A DNA stretch of 61,279 nucleotides, the filler included. It is 3 parts of 3 records of this genome, joined end to end, with 100 filler letters (N's around TTAATTAATTAA, not from the genome) between each part and the next. Parts side by side here need not be neighbours in the genome. Positions count along the whole stretch, not along the records: positions 25,093 to 42,702 come from SRR20825006_1525; 2 more parts are not named here. One strand, given 5' to 3'. Under the pieces are notes generated by a model that did no database searches, was not told the DNA's origin, and was given only the letters and a program-made list of their open reading frames with translations. The translations under genes were made by a program, and so were the position numbers. Positions 32,053 to 41,097 of the stretch are shown one piece after another; the first letter of the stretch is position 1, and each line of letters begins with the position of its first letter.

Positions 32053-32078
32053 AGATGCTCTTATTTCAAAAAGGTTAC
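32053..32078 (-). promoter_or_regulatory. putative ECF promoter 1 (cupredoxin-sigma operon)
   Basis: GTAACC-tttttgaaataaga-GCATCT (14-nt spacer). Confidence 0.75.
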
Positions 32079-32310
32079 GCGACAAACGTACAAATATTTT
32101 GAATTCCTATGGTCATCAACGGCCTCTATTCGCAAAACAAGGGGCGTAAGTTTCAGCACCCAGGCTGAGCCAGGGTTGGTCTTGCATGCTTTTCCCGTTT
32201 TATTCAAACCCAAGTAAGCGTTCTGCCTGCGATCCCAACCCAGTTCAGCCGTGTTATGCCATAGGCCCTCCTTGTGCTCTCAGATAACCAAAAGGGAGAC
32301 AACTCGTCGC

Positions 32311-32724
32311 CTATTTGGCCAACCGATCTTTGGCGCCCTTGTCGTGGAATAGCACGACGTGAGCATGCGGACTTTCCACGCCGGGATGCCCTGCGTTGTA
32401 GTAGATGTCAACAGCCGTCACTTCATGAGATCCGATCGCTAGGTCATCGTAAGCGACACCGTTCTTCAATTCCTCAAGGGGCGTCATGTAGACGGTAGCC
32501 GACAACTTTCCATCGTGGTCATAGCTCAAGAATGGACCAGCGGGCAAAGTGTCCGGATCAACAAAAAGTGTCCCCAGGCCCGGCAGAAATGCAGGCAGCG
32601 GCAACACCTCGCTCACCTGCACATACGGTCCCTCCGGCGGCATCTGGGCAACCTTGTCTTCGTCATGGGCCAACGCGCCTGCTGCCAGACTCATACCCAA
32701 CAAACCGATCAGTAACTTTTTCAT
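32311..32724 (-). CDS. periplasmic His-motif protein (possibly DUF5602/TTHB210-like)
   Basis: Sec signal ending ALA-H; YYNAGHPGVESPHAHVVLFH motif; family name tentative. Confidence 0.65.
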   Translation of the reverse strand: MKKLLIGLLGMSLAAGALAHDEDKVAQMPPEGPYVQVSEVLPLPAFLPGLGTLFVDPDTLPAGPFLSYDHDGKLSATVYMTPLEELKNGVAYDDLAIGSHEVTAVDIYYNAGHPGVESPHAHVVLFHDKGAKDRLAK

Positions 32725-32765
32725 AGCCATTCCTCGTTTGTGATTAATTAATGTGGCAATGAACC

Positions 32766-32791
32766 AGATGCAGCTCTGACGAAAAGGTTTC
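32766..32791 (-). promoter_or_regulatory. putative ECF promoter 2
   Basis: GAAACC-ttttcgtcagagct-GCATCT (14-nt spacer). Confidence 0.75.
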
Positions 32792-32859
32792 AGGCTTTTT
32801 TGTCGGTAGTGTCATCACGGCAATGCATTAAAGTGCCACCCACCGTCCGAAAACTTTCG

Positions 32860-32885
32860 GTAACCTTTTCCAATTTCCCGCATCT
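32860..32885 (+). promoter_or_regulatory. putative ECF promoter 3
   Basis: GTAACC-ttttccaatttccc-GCATCT (14-nt spacer). Confidence 0.75.
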
Positions 32886-32965
32886 GTCGCTTTAGCCAGC
32901 CCTGAATAATCGGGGTTTGGGTGTATTTACGTGCGCCGTTACCGGCCTAACGAAGGAAACGGGAT

Positions 32966-34492
32966 ATGAACAGCAATAAGAAACACCTACAGACAGTAGG
33001 CGCCCTGGTGGGGGCAATTTGCATCGCAACATTGGTTGGGTGCAGTGACGGAAGTTCGCCTCCTTTCGCTGTGCAAAGCGTCAGCCCGGCAGCCGAGGGT
33101 GAACTGATTCCAGTTGATACCCAGGTTGCGATCACCTTTAACCGCTCACTTGATAGCACTACTTTTTCGGCCGCCGAGGTTCGCCTTGAATGTGACGAAT
33201 CCGAGGTAACGTTTGCCGATGTCAGCTTCCAGAACAACGCGAGGACCGTTTTTTTGACCCCGGATACTCTCCTTCCCGAGAACAAGGACTGCGAAGTACA
33301 GATCGCTGCGGAAGTAAAGGATGTGTCCAATAACACGCTTGGAAAGGTCTTTGGATGGACGTTTGGGACAACGGCACGCCCGGAAACTCTTGCGCTCGGA
33401 AAAGAGATATTCCGCTATGACACATTTGGAGATGAACGTTTCTGGACGGACGTGCTGGAAATGCACGATGTTATTCAGTCAGCCGTTGATCCGGTCACAG
33501 CCCTTTCTGTGGGACTAAAAGTAGATGCGGAAGCACTTCCTGAAGCTGTAGTTAATGGAATCGCACAGGGAACCATTAATCTGGAGTCACCTGCGACCAC
33601 CGTTGCATTACTCAAGCAGGATGCGGTAGTCGGTGTCAAAGGCACCGTGGAGGAGGTAAACGGCGTGGATACGCTCACCAGTGTCGGTGTGACCTGCGCG
33701 TTGTGCCATTCGACCGTGGACAATTCCTTTGCCCCGGGCATTGGCAAACGACTTGACGGATGGGCCAACCGTGACCTGAACCCGGGTGCCATTATCGCCT
33801 TGTCGCCTGCACTTACTCCCGCACAAAAAGACATCTACAACTCCTGGGGGCCAGGGATGTACGACGCCAGGTTCAATCAGGACGGTATCAGCAGTCCGCA
33901 TGTCATCACGCCTGCGTTTGGTCTGAACGGTATCGAAAAGACAACATCAACCGGAGACGGCAACGATATCGCCTATTGGAACCGATACGTCGCTGTCACC
34001 CAGATGGGTGGGGAAGGTTCCTTTTACGAACCCAGAACCGGGGTTGATGTAACCAACGGCACAGAAGATCTTGTAACGGATAAGCTCCCGGCGCTACAGG
34101 CTTATCAACTGTCGCTGCTCTCGCCAGAACCTCCCGAAGGTTCATTTGATCCTACAGCAGCAGCCCGTGGAGAAGAGCTGTTCAATGGCCAGGCACAGTG
34201 CTCTTCCTGCCATAGCGGGCCCAAGTTCACAGACGCGAATAGTCGTTTGCATGATCCATCGGATGTTGTGAGTGAACCGGAGCCTGACGGAGCTCCGGGG
34301 TACGCATCTCGAAGTGCAACCAAGATGTACCGCACAGCTCCGCTGGAAGGCATCTGGCAACACCCGCCCTATTTCCATAACGGAATGGCTGCAACGCTTG
34401 CGGATGTCGTCACGCTCTACAACGACCGAAAAGCCCTTGGTCTCGATGAGGATCAACAGAGTGACCTCGTCGAATATTTGAAGTCGTTGTAA
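32966..34492 (+). CDS. lipoprotein with SbsA-type Ig-like domain and di-heme cytochrome c domain
   Basis: Lipobox LVGC; VQSVSPA...VAITFNRSLD...WTFGT Ig domain; CALCH and CSSCH; peroxidase-like tail RTAPLEGIWQHPPYFHNG. Confidence 0.88.
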   Translation: MNSNKKHLQTVGALVGAICIATLVGCSDGSSPPFAVQSVSPAAEGELIPVDTQVAITFNRSLDSTTFSAAEVRLECDESEVTFADVSFQNNARTVFLTPDTLLPENKDCEVQIAAEVKDVSNNTLGKVFGWTFGTTARPETLALGKEIFRYDTFGDERFWTDVLEMHDVIQSAVDPVTALSVGLKVDAEALPEAVVNGIAQGTINLESPATTVALLKQDAVVGVKGTVEEVNGVDTLTSVGVTCALCHSTVDNSFAPGIGKRLDGWANRDLNPGAIIALSPALTPAQKDIYNSWGPGMYDARFNQDGISSPHVITPAFGLNGIEKTTSTGDGNDIAYWNRYVAVTQMGGEGSFYEPRTGVDVTNGTEDLVTDKLPALQAYQLSLLSPEPPEGSFDPTAAARGEELFNGQAQCSSCHSGPKFTDANSRLHDPSDVVSEPEPDGAPGYASRSATKMYRTAPLEGIWQHPPYFHNGMAATLADVVTLYNDRKALGLDEDQQSDLVEYLKSL

Positions 34493-34915
34493 TGACCTGA
34501 AAGCTGCTAGGCGGTTGGCTCTCTATAACCACAATGAATGGAGAACTGGGACAGTGTCTTGATCACTGCCCAGGCCTCACATCTCAATTTGGTGCCCCCC
34601 CCCCCAAAAAAAACGTGACGCCAACGATGAAAGTACCCAATGATCAGATCACTAGCGGGCTTATTACATCTGTTTCTCCAAGACCAACTGAGCTTTATCG
34701 GTTTGTCGCACGCGGCACTAGCCGTCGGACCACTCTTGATTGTTCAGGCCCTAACCGGTCTCGCCATGATGTTGTCTACCCTCATTTCGGGCGTAAACGG
34801 CGAGCTCATTCTTGAGAACGCTGGGGGTTTCGGGGTTTTGTTGCCGATTTTCGACTGCTACCTCTGGTGACCTCGCGGAAGGGGGGGCTCTCCAGCTTTG
34901 TACCGAGGGAAGTCC

Positions 34916-35008
34916 AGCAAACGGGTGCAGCTTTGAACTATTCAGTTTCACCAGCGACACCAGACGGCTCGCCAGTTAGCTTTTTGAAATGGATAACAAC
35001 ATCTTTTA
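34916..35008. repeat. degenerate ~90-bp direct repeat, copy 2
   Basis: agcaaacgggt...tttcaccagcga...cggctcgccagttagctttttgaaatggataacaacatctttta matches 28702-28791. Confidence 0.85.
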
Positions 35009-35262
35009 CTACCGATAATGTGAACATCCCGGTTTTAGTTGCCCAACGATTTTTTCTCGCAAATTCTCGGTCGACCCCCTCTCCGCCAATCTCTATCAAC
35101 TCCTGGCCCGCGCTGCATCGCCAGCGTCACGCCTTGCTGATGTAACAGTGCCCGCTGCCGCCCTTCGACGCGATATCTCTAGCGGGCTATAAATCCAATA
35201 TCAGCGTACGTAATTCCACGCAGCCAACTGGCTTGCAAAGCTCTGGTCATCGATCTATATTT

Positions 35263-35286
35263 AAAATGTATTTTTAATATATGTTT
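35263..35286. promoter_or_regulatory. NsrR box
   Basis: AAAATGTATTTTTAATATATGTTT resembles ATGYAT-N5-ATRCAT; nsrR lies ~380 bp downstream. Confidence 0.7.
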
Positions 35287-35298
35287 ATGAGGTGATGC

Positions 35299-35514
35299 AT
35301 GGACAAGGTACTTGGGTTTGCCAATACGGCATTGCTGGTAGCCGTCCTGGCGCTGATTGTGACGGTGCTAGTTTCTTATCCGTTCGCGGACCATCTGAGC
35401 CTGCAGGCTCAAATCGCGGCTCATATCGGCACGCTGATTTTCGCTACGCTGGTGAAGCTGTCCTATATTCTGCGGCTGATTTCCCTGAAAGCGTTGGGAA
35501 GACCCGTACACTAG
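35299..35514 (+). CDS. small 2-TM membrane protein, probably NsrR-regulated
   Basis: GAGGTGA RBS; YPFADHLSLQAQIAAHIG......VKLSYILRL; NsrR box upstream. Confidence 0.8.
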   Translation: MDKVLGFANTALLVAVLALIVTVLVSYPFADHLSLQAQIAAHIGTLIFATLVKLSYILRLISLKALGRPVH

Positions 35515-35662
35515 CGACCGCTAGCCAGCGGGCTGGGGTATCCTGTACGCCTCTGACGCTACGATGTGGCTTTTGGCGGGATGGGGTATATTCTTCTGCG
35601 GTCCGCTCTTTTTCCTCCTTACCCGACCGCCTTGCTAGTCGTTACCCATCAGGAGTAGTTAC

Positions 35663-36100
35663 ATGCACATCACTCGGTACACCGATTATTCGCTGCGGGT
35701 ATTGATCTACCTCGCCCTTCAGCAGGAGCGGCTGGTCACCATCCAGCAAATCGCCGACAGTTACGACATCTCCAAGAACCATCTGATGAAAGTGGTGCAC
35801 CAACTGACACTGAAGGGCTATATCGAGAGCGTTCGTGGCAAGAATGGTGGTCTGCGTCTGCACCGCAGACCGGAGGACATCAATATCGGCGTGTTGGTGC
35901 GTGAAACCGAGCAGGACATGAACCTGGTGGAGTGCTTTTCCAGCGACAACCAGTGCTGTATCACTCCGGTGTGTGGGCTGAAGAACATCCTGGCAGAGGC
36001 TCTGCGAGCATTCCTTAACACCCTGGATCAGTATACCCTGGCGGATATCCTAACCGAACGGCAAAAACCACAGTTGTTACGTTTATTGCAGATTGCTTGA
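35663..36100 (+). CDS. nsrR: Rrf2-family NO-sensing repressor NsrR
   Basis: TDYSLRVLIYL, ISKNHLMKVV, RGKNGGLRL, Fe-S ligands ECF...CCITPVC. Confidence 0.93.
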   Translation: MHITRYTDYSLRVLIYLALQQERLVTIQQIADSYDISKNHLMKVVHQLTLKGYIESVRGKNGGLRLHRRPEDINIGVLVRETEQDMNLVECFSSDNQCCITPVCGLKNILAEALRAFLNTLDQYTLADILTERQKPQLLRLLQIA

Positions 36101-36107
36101 ATTAATC

Positions 36108-37286
36108 TCAACCTTCGCGCCCGTCGAATCTGGGCTTCATCAAAATACCGGTATAGCGAACCAGAAACAGCGTAAACGCCAGCACCCACAATGCTCCGCT
36201 CATGCGTACACCAAGCACCCAGTCGATACCGCCAAACGCCGTCGTCACGCGAACCAAGGCTGCCAGCTGTATCGCAATAAAGGCCGTCACCATTCCCGGC
36301 GGTAAAGCCAACGGCCGACCTGTATGCCCGAGCGCTACGCGGGCAACAACACCCAATACCAAGCTGCCGACAACACCCAGTCCCGCCGCATGCCCCCATG
36401 CGCTGGCCGGCCAACCCAGCAAGTGATAGCCGGCCAGCAACACTAGTGATACCGGTATCCAAAGCAGCGATACATGGAGAATCCATAGCAGTGGGTTACG
36501 GGCGACAAGCCAACCTCGCCAGCCCACCAGTCGAGCCAGCATGAACACAGCTGCAGCAATGGAGGCAGCGCCAGTGGCAACATTAAGCTCCGCCAGCTTG
36601 AACGCCAGCACCGCTATCATGCTCAGAACCGCGAGCAGGTCGAGCCTCGGGATAACCCGGATCACTGAAGGGTCGCGACCCTGCTGACGCAACCACCCTG
36701 TGGAAAATGCCGGCGTGATACGACCACCAATGATGCCGGATAATGCCATGGCCATAATCAGCCCTCCGGCGATAAATTTAGTGCTCAGAGTCACCACAAA
36801 GGCGATCTGCATACTCCAGAGCAGACCCAATATCATCAAAATCACGAGTTGGCGCCGCTGACGGGCCTGCCAGATCCGCCAGCCGGCATCGAGCATAACC
36901 AAAGGCAGGAAGGCCAGATTAACGACCTGCAGCAGAAGATCAGGTAGACCGCCCCCCAGCAACAGCAGTAGTCGCCCGGCAAGCCAGACCAACCAGAGTC
37001 CCAGCAACCGGGCTCCATGTGTACGCTCGGTATTCGTCCAGACACAGACCGCCGTGAGCAGAAAACCCGCGATCGCGGCGGAAAGGAAGCCAAACAACAT
37101 CTCGTGCTGGTGCCAGAGTATACCCGGCATCGCCAAGGGGGGCTGAACCACACCCGTGGCCACTAAAATCCACAGCGGCACGAACACGATGGCGATCAGC
37201 GTCAGCGAAAGGAAAAATATCCTGAACGGGTAGCTGAATAGTTGCCTTACGGAAGGCTTGGCAGGATTGGCCGCAATGGTCTGCAT
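36108..37286 (-). CDS. nnrS: NnrS family heme-copper membrane protein
   Basis: PFRIFFL, WHQHEMLFGF, GFLLTAVCVWT, GGRITPAF, RVALGHTGRPL; start MQTIAAN. Confidence 0.95.
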   Translation of the reverse strand: MQTIAANPAKPSVRQLFSYPFRIFFLSLTLIAIVFVPLWILVATGVVQPPLAMPGILWHQHEMLFGFLSAAIAGFLLTAVCVWTNTERTHGARLLGLWLVWLAGRLLLLLGGGLPDLLLQVVNLAFLPLVMLDAGWRIWQARQRRQLVILMILGLLWSMQIAFVVTLSTKFIAGGLIMAMALSGIIGGRITPAFSTGWLRQQGRDPSVIRVIPRLDLLAVLSMIAVLAFKLAELNVATGAASIAAAVFMLARLVGWRGWLVARNPLLWILHVSLLWIPVSLVLLAGYHLLGWPASAWGHAAGLGVVGSLVLGVVARVALGHTGRPLALPPGMVTAFIAIQLAALVRVTTAFGGIDWVLGVRMSGALWVLAFTLFLVRYTGILMKPRFDGREG

Positions 37287-37344
37287 AGCACTCAAACTCC
37301 TAGAAACAGTTTGATTGAACGACCAGGGAAGTTTATCTTTTATA

Positions 37345-37367
37345 AAATGTATTTTATATAAATCTTT
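37345..37367. promoter_or_regulatory. NsrR box in the nnrS/sirB2 divergent region
   Basis: Minus strand AAAGATTTATATAAAATACATTT, near-consensus NsrR palindrome. Confidence 0.75.
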
Positions 37368-37484
37368 ATAGGTAAATCCATTAGCAGTTAGCTTAAAATT
37401 GACCGGAATTTTTAGCGGAGCGCCACGAACAGGCATCATCATGACGTTCGCGCCCGCAGATTGAGCGCAAACAGGAGACGCTTA

Positions 37485-37859
37485 GTGCACTGGTATACCT
37501 TGCTGAAAACTCTTCACGTGACGACAGCTTGCCTGACCGCAGCGTTATTCACTCTTCGCCTGGCTCTCGATGCCTCTGGACGGCCAGGCTGGCGTACCAC
37601 GCCACTGAAGTGGCTTCCCCACCTCAACGATACCGTGTTACTGGCTGCAGCCTTGGGCCTGCTAGTCGTTACCGGCTGGATGCCGTTCGTTCACCACTGG
37701 CTTACGGGCAAAATCTTGCTGCTACTGGGCTATATCATCGCCGGTCGGTTTGCCATGAGACCCCAGTACCGTTTTTCAACTCGACTGATCGCGAGCATCC
37801 TTGCCCTCGCTCAATTGGCGCTCATATTCTGGCTGGCGCTGAATAAGCCGATGTTTTAA
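37485..37859 (+). CDS. SirB2/YchQ family membrane protein
   Basis: YTLLKTLH, LPHLNDTVLL, WLTGKILLLLGYI; AGGAG RBS with GTG start. Confidence 0.88.
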   Translation: MHWYTLLKTLHVTTACLTAALFTLRLALDASGRPGWRTTPLKWLPHLNDTVLLAAALGLLVVTGWMPFVHHWLTGKILLLLGYIIAGRFAMRPQYRFSTRLIASILALAQLALIFWLALNKPMF

Positions 37860-38014
37860 CTCAATCGAGCACAATGCCTTCATCGAAGCCCCCTCCTCTG
37901 GTGTACCAGGGCACTTTTCAACGGACAGCGCCGCCTATATCTCCATGTAAGTCGCCGATTTTCCGATCATTTTATATTATTAAACGGGCTTTCCCTGTGT
38001 CGTTGATAACCTGA

Positions 38015-38224
38015 TCACGGTTGGCTATCCGGCGGAGCACCCTCCTCACATTTTCTGCAGTCAAGCTCAAGCCCCAGCCTCGACTTTCTACCTTCCACTG
38101 AAGTGACCCAAGGGCGGTTCACCCACGGCGGCGAATGACGCACATGCTGATTGTGGCCGCACGCCAACTGTGCAACCCAGTGGTTTTCCTTGTCTTTATG
38201 ATAGCCAGTGATGGGTTGTTTCAT
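38015..38224 (-). CDS. DUF3565 family protein
   Basis: ITGYHKDKENHWVAQLACGHNQHVRHSPPW..RPWV...LDCRKC. Confidence 0.85.
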   Translation of the reverse strand: MKQPITGYHKDKENHWVAQLACGHNQHVRHSPPWVNRPWVTSVEGRKSRLGLELDCRKCEEGAPPDSQP

Positions 38225-38233
38225 AAGCTCCAA

Positions 38234-39346
38234 TCACGCAAGAGACCGGGCTGGCCGAACCGCTTCCGCAACCATCCCCGCCAGAAGCCCGAAAAAGGGA
38301 TCGGCCCAGACGGTCACCAATGCGGTTATCGCAATGACCGGCCAGCAAGACGGCTTGGCTGCCCAGAGACGTCTGGACACGGCAAGCTCAACGGCGGCTA
38401 CCAACAACAAGGCACCTAGACCGGCTACCGGAATGGCGGCAATAAATGAAAAGCCGCCCGGCAGAAAAGCAACCATGAGCAAAGCGGTTCCCAGCAGAAC
38501 GGGGGCCATGCCGGTCCGGGCACCGAAACGATGGTGCGCGGCCACGCCTCCGGCGCCATGACACATGGGCAAAGCACCGAGCGGAACGAGAAAAAGGTTG
38601 GCCAACCCCGTTGTCACGGACAGGCGGCCTGGCGACACGCGGTGCGATTGCTCGCCGAAGTAATCCCCAACCACCAGGGCCGTCAGTACGACGGCGTTGG
38701 TGATCGTAAGCGCCAACTGAGGTAACACCAGCACGGAGATCGCCTGCTGCCAATCGTTTATGCCTGGCAGTTGAGGTAGTGCAAATGGAACCGAACCTGC
38801 TGCGGGCAGAGTCAGTCCCGGCGCGCCCAGTACCGCGCCGATCACTAACGCCACACCAAGTCCTATCAGGGCTGCTGGCCAGTTCGGCAACACCTTGAGG
38901 GTGATGGCCAACACCGTCAAGGTGATCACACCCAACGGCAAGGACGTGGCCATCAACCCCAGGCTCATGTTGGCCAGCAGCAACCCCAGCCCCAGTTGAA
39001 GGCCGCTCAATACCGAGCCGGGCACAAGACGTGCCACACGGTTAATCCATCCGGTTGCGCCCAGGAGTAGTAGTACTGCTCCGATCAGCACGCCACTTGC
39101 CACCAGGCTTTGGGAAGTCACCTCGGTGGTCAGCAACAACGCAGCAACCGCTTTCATCGGTTGCACCGGTATCGGCAGCCGATAGTACAGCCCGGTTGCA
39201 ATGTAGAACACGGCAAACCCCAGCAGTACAGGCACCGGTGCCAGCCCTGCCACGCCGATCGCCCCAAGACTCAGTGGCAGCAGGGTGCCGATGTCACCCA
39301 GCGCCCCGCTGACCTCCTTCACTGAATCTTTTGGGTTTAAGGGCAT
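38234..39346 (-). CDS. MOT1-type molybdate transporter
   Basis: EVSGALGDIGTLLP, PVQPMKA, GLQLGLG, PMCHGAGG..AHHRFGARTG. Confidence 0.9.
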   Translation of the reverse strand: MPLNPKDSVKEVSGALGDIGTLLPLSLGAIGVAGLAPVPVLLGFAVFYIATGLYYRLPIPVQPMKAVAALLLTTEVTSQSLVASGVLIGAVLLLLGATGWINRVARLVPGSVLSGLQLGLGLLLANMSLGLMATSLPLGVITLTVLAITLKVLPNWPAALIGLGVALVIGAVLGAPGLTLPAAGSVPFALPQLPGINDWQQAISVLVLPQLALTITNAVVLTALVVGDYFGEQSHRVSPGRLSVTTGLANLFLVPLGALPMCHGAGGVAAHHRFGARTGMAPVLLGTALLMVAFLPGGFSFIAAIPVAGLGALLLVAAVELAVSRRLWAAKPSCWPVIAITALVTVWADPFFGLLAGMVAEAVRPARSLA

Positions 39347-39397
39347 GCGGGCTCCTGGTTCATTGGCCTGTTTTTATTGAGTTATTATTGGCAACAC

Positions 39398-40282
39398 TCA
39401 CGCGTTATAGACAACATGTCCCAGCTCCGCGATGTCGTAACCGCCCAACGCCTCGGCGCGCTGTACAAATCGCTCGCTACCGGCAAACGACAGCAACCTC
39501 TGCATGGCCGGATCAAAGTAGTGGCGCCGGCGCATGGCCAGATCAAAATGCTCCTGTTGCAGCGGAATAAACGCCAATCCCTGGCGCCGGGCCGCCGCTT
39601 CGATTCCCACGCCAACATCCGCTTCGCCCTGGCGAATGGCCAAGGCGAGATCGTCTTCGCTGAGCGACGGATGCGTTGCCCACGTGAGGTGTCCGGCATC
39701 GAGGCGGTGGCGTGCCAGCAAACTCTGCAACAAATGGCTGACGCCGGCATCGGGCTGGCGATGGGCCAGACGTATGCCGGGGCGGGCGATATCCTCCAAG
39801 CGGGCAAGTCGGTGAGGGTTATCGGCGGCTAAGAGGAGCCCCTGCTGGCGCTTCGCCCAGCGAATCAGCACCAGGTCGCGCATGCCGCTCAACCCCAATG
39901 TGACAGGATCATTGTAGCCCCGGCTTTCAGCGTGCCAGATATGCATCCCGGCGAGCATTGCGCGCCCGGCGATCAATCGCTGTACGCCATCGCCACTCCC
40001 CTGACACAGCAGCGCCAGCTCCGCACCGCTCTCCTTCACCGCCCACTCCAACAATGGATCCTGGCTGCCCGCCAGAACCGGCGGGGTCGGCGAACTGACG
40101 GCGTCGTCACCCTCCAGATGGTTCATCAACCACAGATCAATACGCTGGCGTGGGAACAACAGCTTTCCCGTCACCCGCACACAGGGAATCACGCCCTGGC
40201 TGACCAGATCATAGACTTTGCGCTCTTTCAGACGCAGATACTCGGCAGCTTCGGCCGTGGTGAGGTATGCGGGAAGCGTCAT
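39398..40282 (-). CDS. excisionase-type HTH + molybdate-binding PBP-like transcriptional regulator
   Basis: YLTTAEAAEYLRLKERKVYDL; GSQDPLL, RQQGLL, RQPDAG, LAFIPL..EHFDL. Confidence 0.9.
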   Translation of the reverse strand: MTLPAYLTTAEAAEYLRLKERKVYDLVSQGVIPCVRVTGKLLFPRQRIDLWLMNHLEGDDAVSSPTPPVLAGSQDPLLEWAVKESGAELALLCQGSGDGVQRLIAGRAMLAGMHIWHAESRGYNDPVTLGLSGMRDLVLIRWAKRQQGLLLAADNPHRLARLEDIARPGIRLAHRQPDAGVSHLLQSLLARHRLDAGHLTWATHPSLSEDDLALAIRQGEADVGVGIEAAARRQGLAFIPLQQEHFDLAMRRRHYFDPAMQRLLSFAGSERFVQRAEALGGYDIAELGHVVYNA

Positions 40283-40325
40283 CAATCTCTCCTGCTGCCT
40301 GGAAAAGCACTAAACTGTTTTTAGC

Positions 40326-40350
40326 TGCATATTTTTCAACAGGCTGTGCA
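40326..40350. promoter_or_regulatory. putative operator of the HTH-PBP regulator
   Basis: TGCATA-N13-TGTGCA near-palindrome in the divergent intergenic region. Confidence 0.5.
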
Positions 40351-40398
40351 AAGCGTAGTCAGAAACTCCACGATGCTCAATAACAAGGAGACGCAGCT

Positions 40399-41097
40399 GT
40401 GGAAAATAATGCGTTCTGCGTGGCGCTGTCGCTACTGCTAAACCTAGACGCTTCGCTCTTTCAGATCGTGGCGCTTTCGCTGCAGGTGTCGCTTATGGCG
40501 GTACTGATCGCGGCCGTTCTGGGGTTCCCCCTCGGTGCGGCGGTGGCACTGTGGCGATTCCCCGGGCGCGGCGTCATGATTGTCGTCCTCAACGCCTTGA
40601 TGGGGCTGCCTCCGGTGGTGGCCGGGCTCGCCGTCTACTTGCTGCTCTCGCGAGCCGGCCCTCTGGGTGAGTGGGGGTTCCTGTTTACACCAGGAGCCAT
40701 GGTCATTGCCCAGGTGGTCCTGGTATTGCCAATTCTTGCCGCGCTCTCGCGTCAGAAGGTGGAAGAGCTTCTGGGAGAGTACCGCGAGCAATTCATGTCA
40801 CTGGGTATGTCGCGCTCACGCATGATGCCCACTCTGCTGTGGGATGCCCGTTTTGCGCTATTGACCGTTCTGCTTGCCGGTTTTGGCCGCGCCAGCGCCG
40901 AAGTGGGCGCGGTGATGATGGTCGGCGGCAATATTGATGGGGTCACGCGGGTCATGACCACCGCCATTGTGCTGGAAACCGGCAAAGGCAACCTGCCACT
41001 GGCACTGGGGCTGGGGATTGTGCTGCTGACGCTGGTCATGCTGATTAACGCAGGCGCCTATTTGGTGGGCGAACTGACAAGGAGACGGATAGGATGA
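40399..41097 (+). CDS. tupB: tungstate ABC transporter permease
   Basis: NALMGLPPVVAGL, SRAGPLG, GFGRASAEVGAVMMVGGNI, TRVMTTAIVLET. Confidence 0.9.
   Translation: MENNAFCVALSLLLNLDASLFQIVALSLQVSLMAVLIAAVLGFPLGAAVALWRFPGRGVMIVVLNALMGLPPVVAGLAVYLLLSRAGPLGEWGFLFTPGAMVIAQVVLVLPILAALSRQKVEELLGEYREQFMSLGMSRSRMMPTLLWDARFALLTVLLAGFGRASAEVGAVMMVGGNIDGVTRVMTTAIVLETGKGNLPLALGLGIVLLTLVMLINAGAYLVGELTRRRIG

Noticed and set aside
34595-34613. C11A8 homopolymer as a phase-variation switch
   Set aside because: Not within or upstream of a credible intact gene
34534-35145. Short ORFs between the cytochrome gene and the NsrR cluster
   Set aside because: Overlapping, no recognisable motifs; probably decayed gene remnants
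39398-40282. Excisionase-like HTH as a prophage marker
   Set aside because: Fused to a PBP domain and divergent from tup genes, so a regulator
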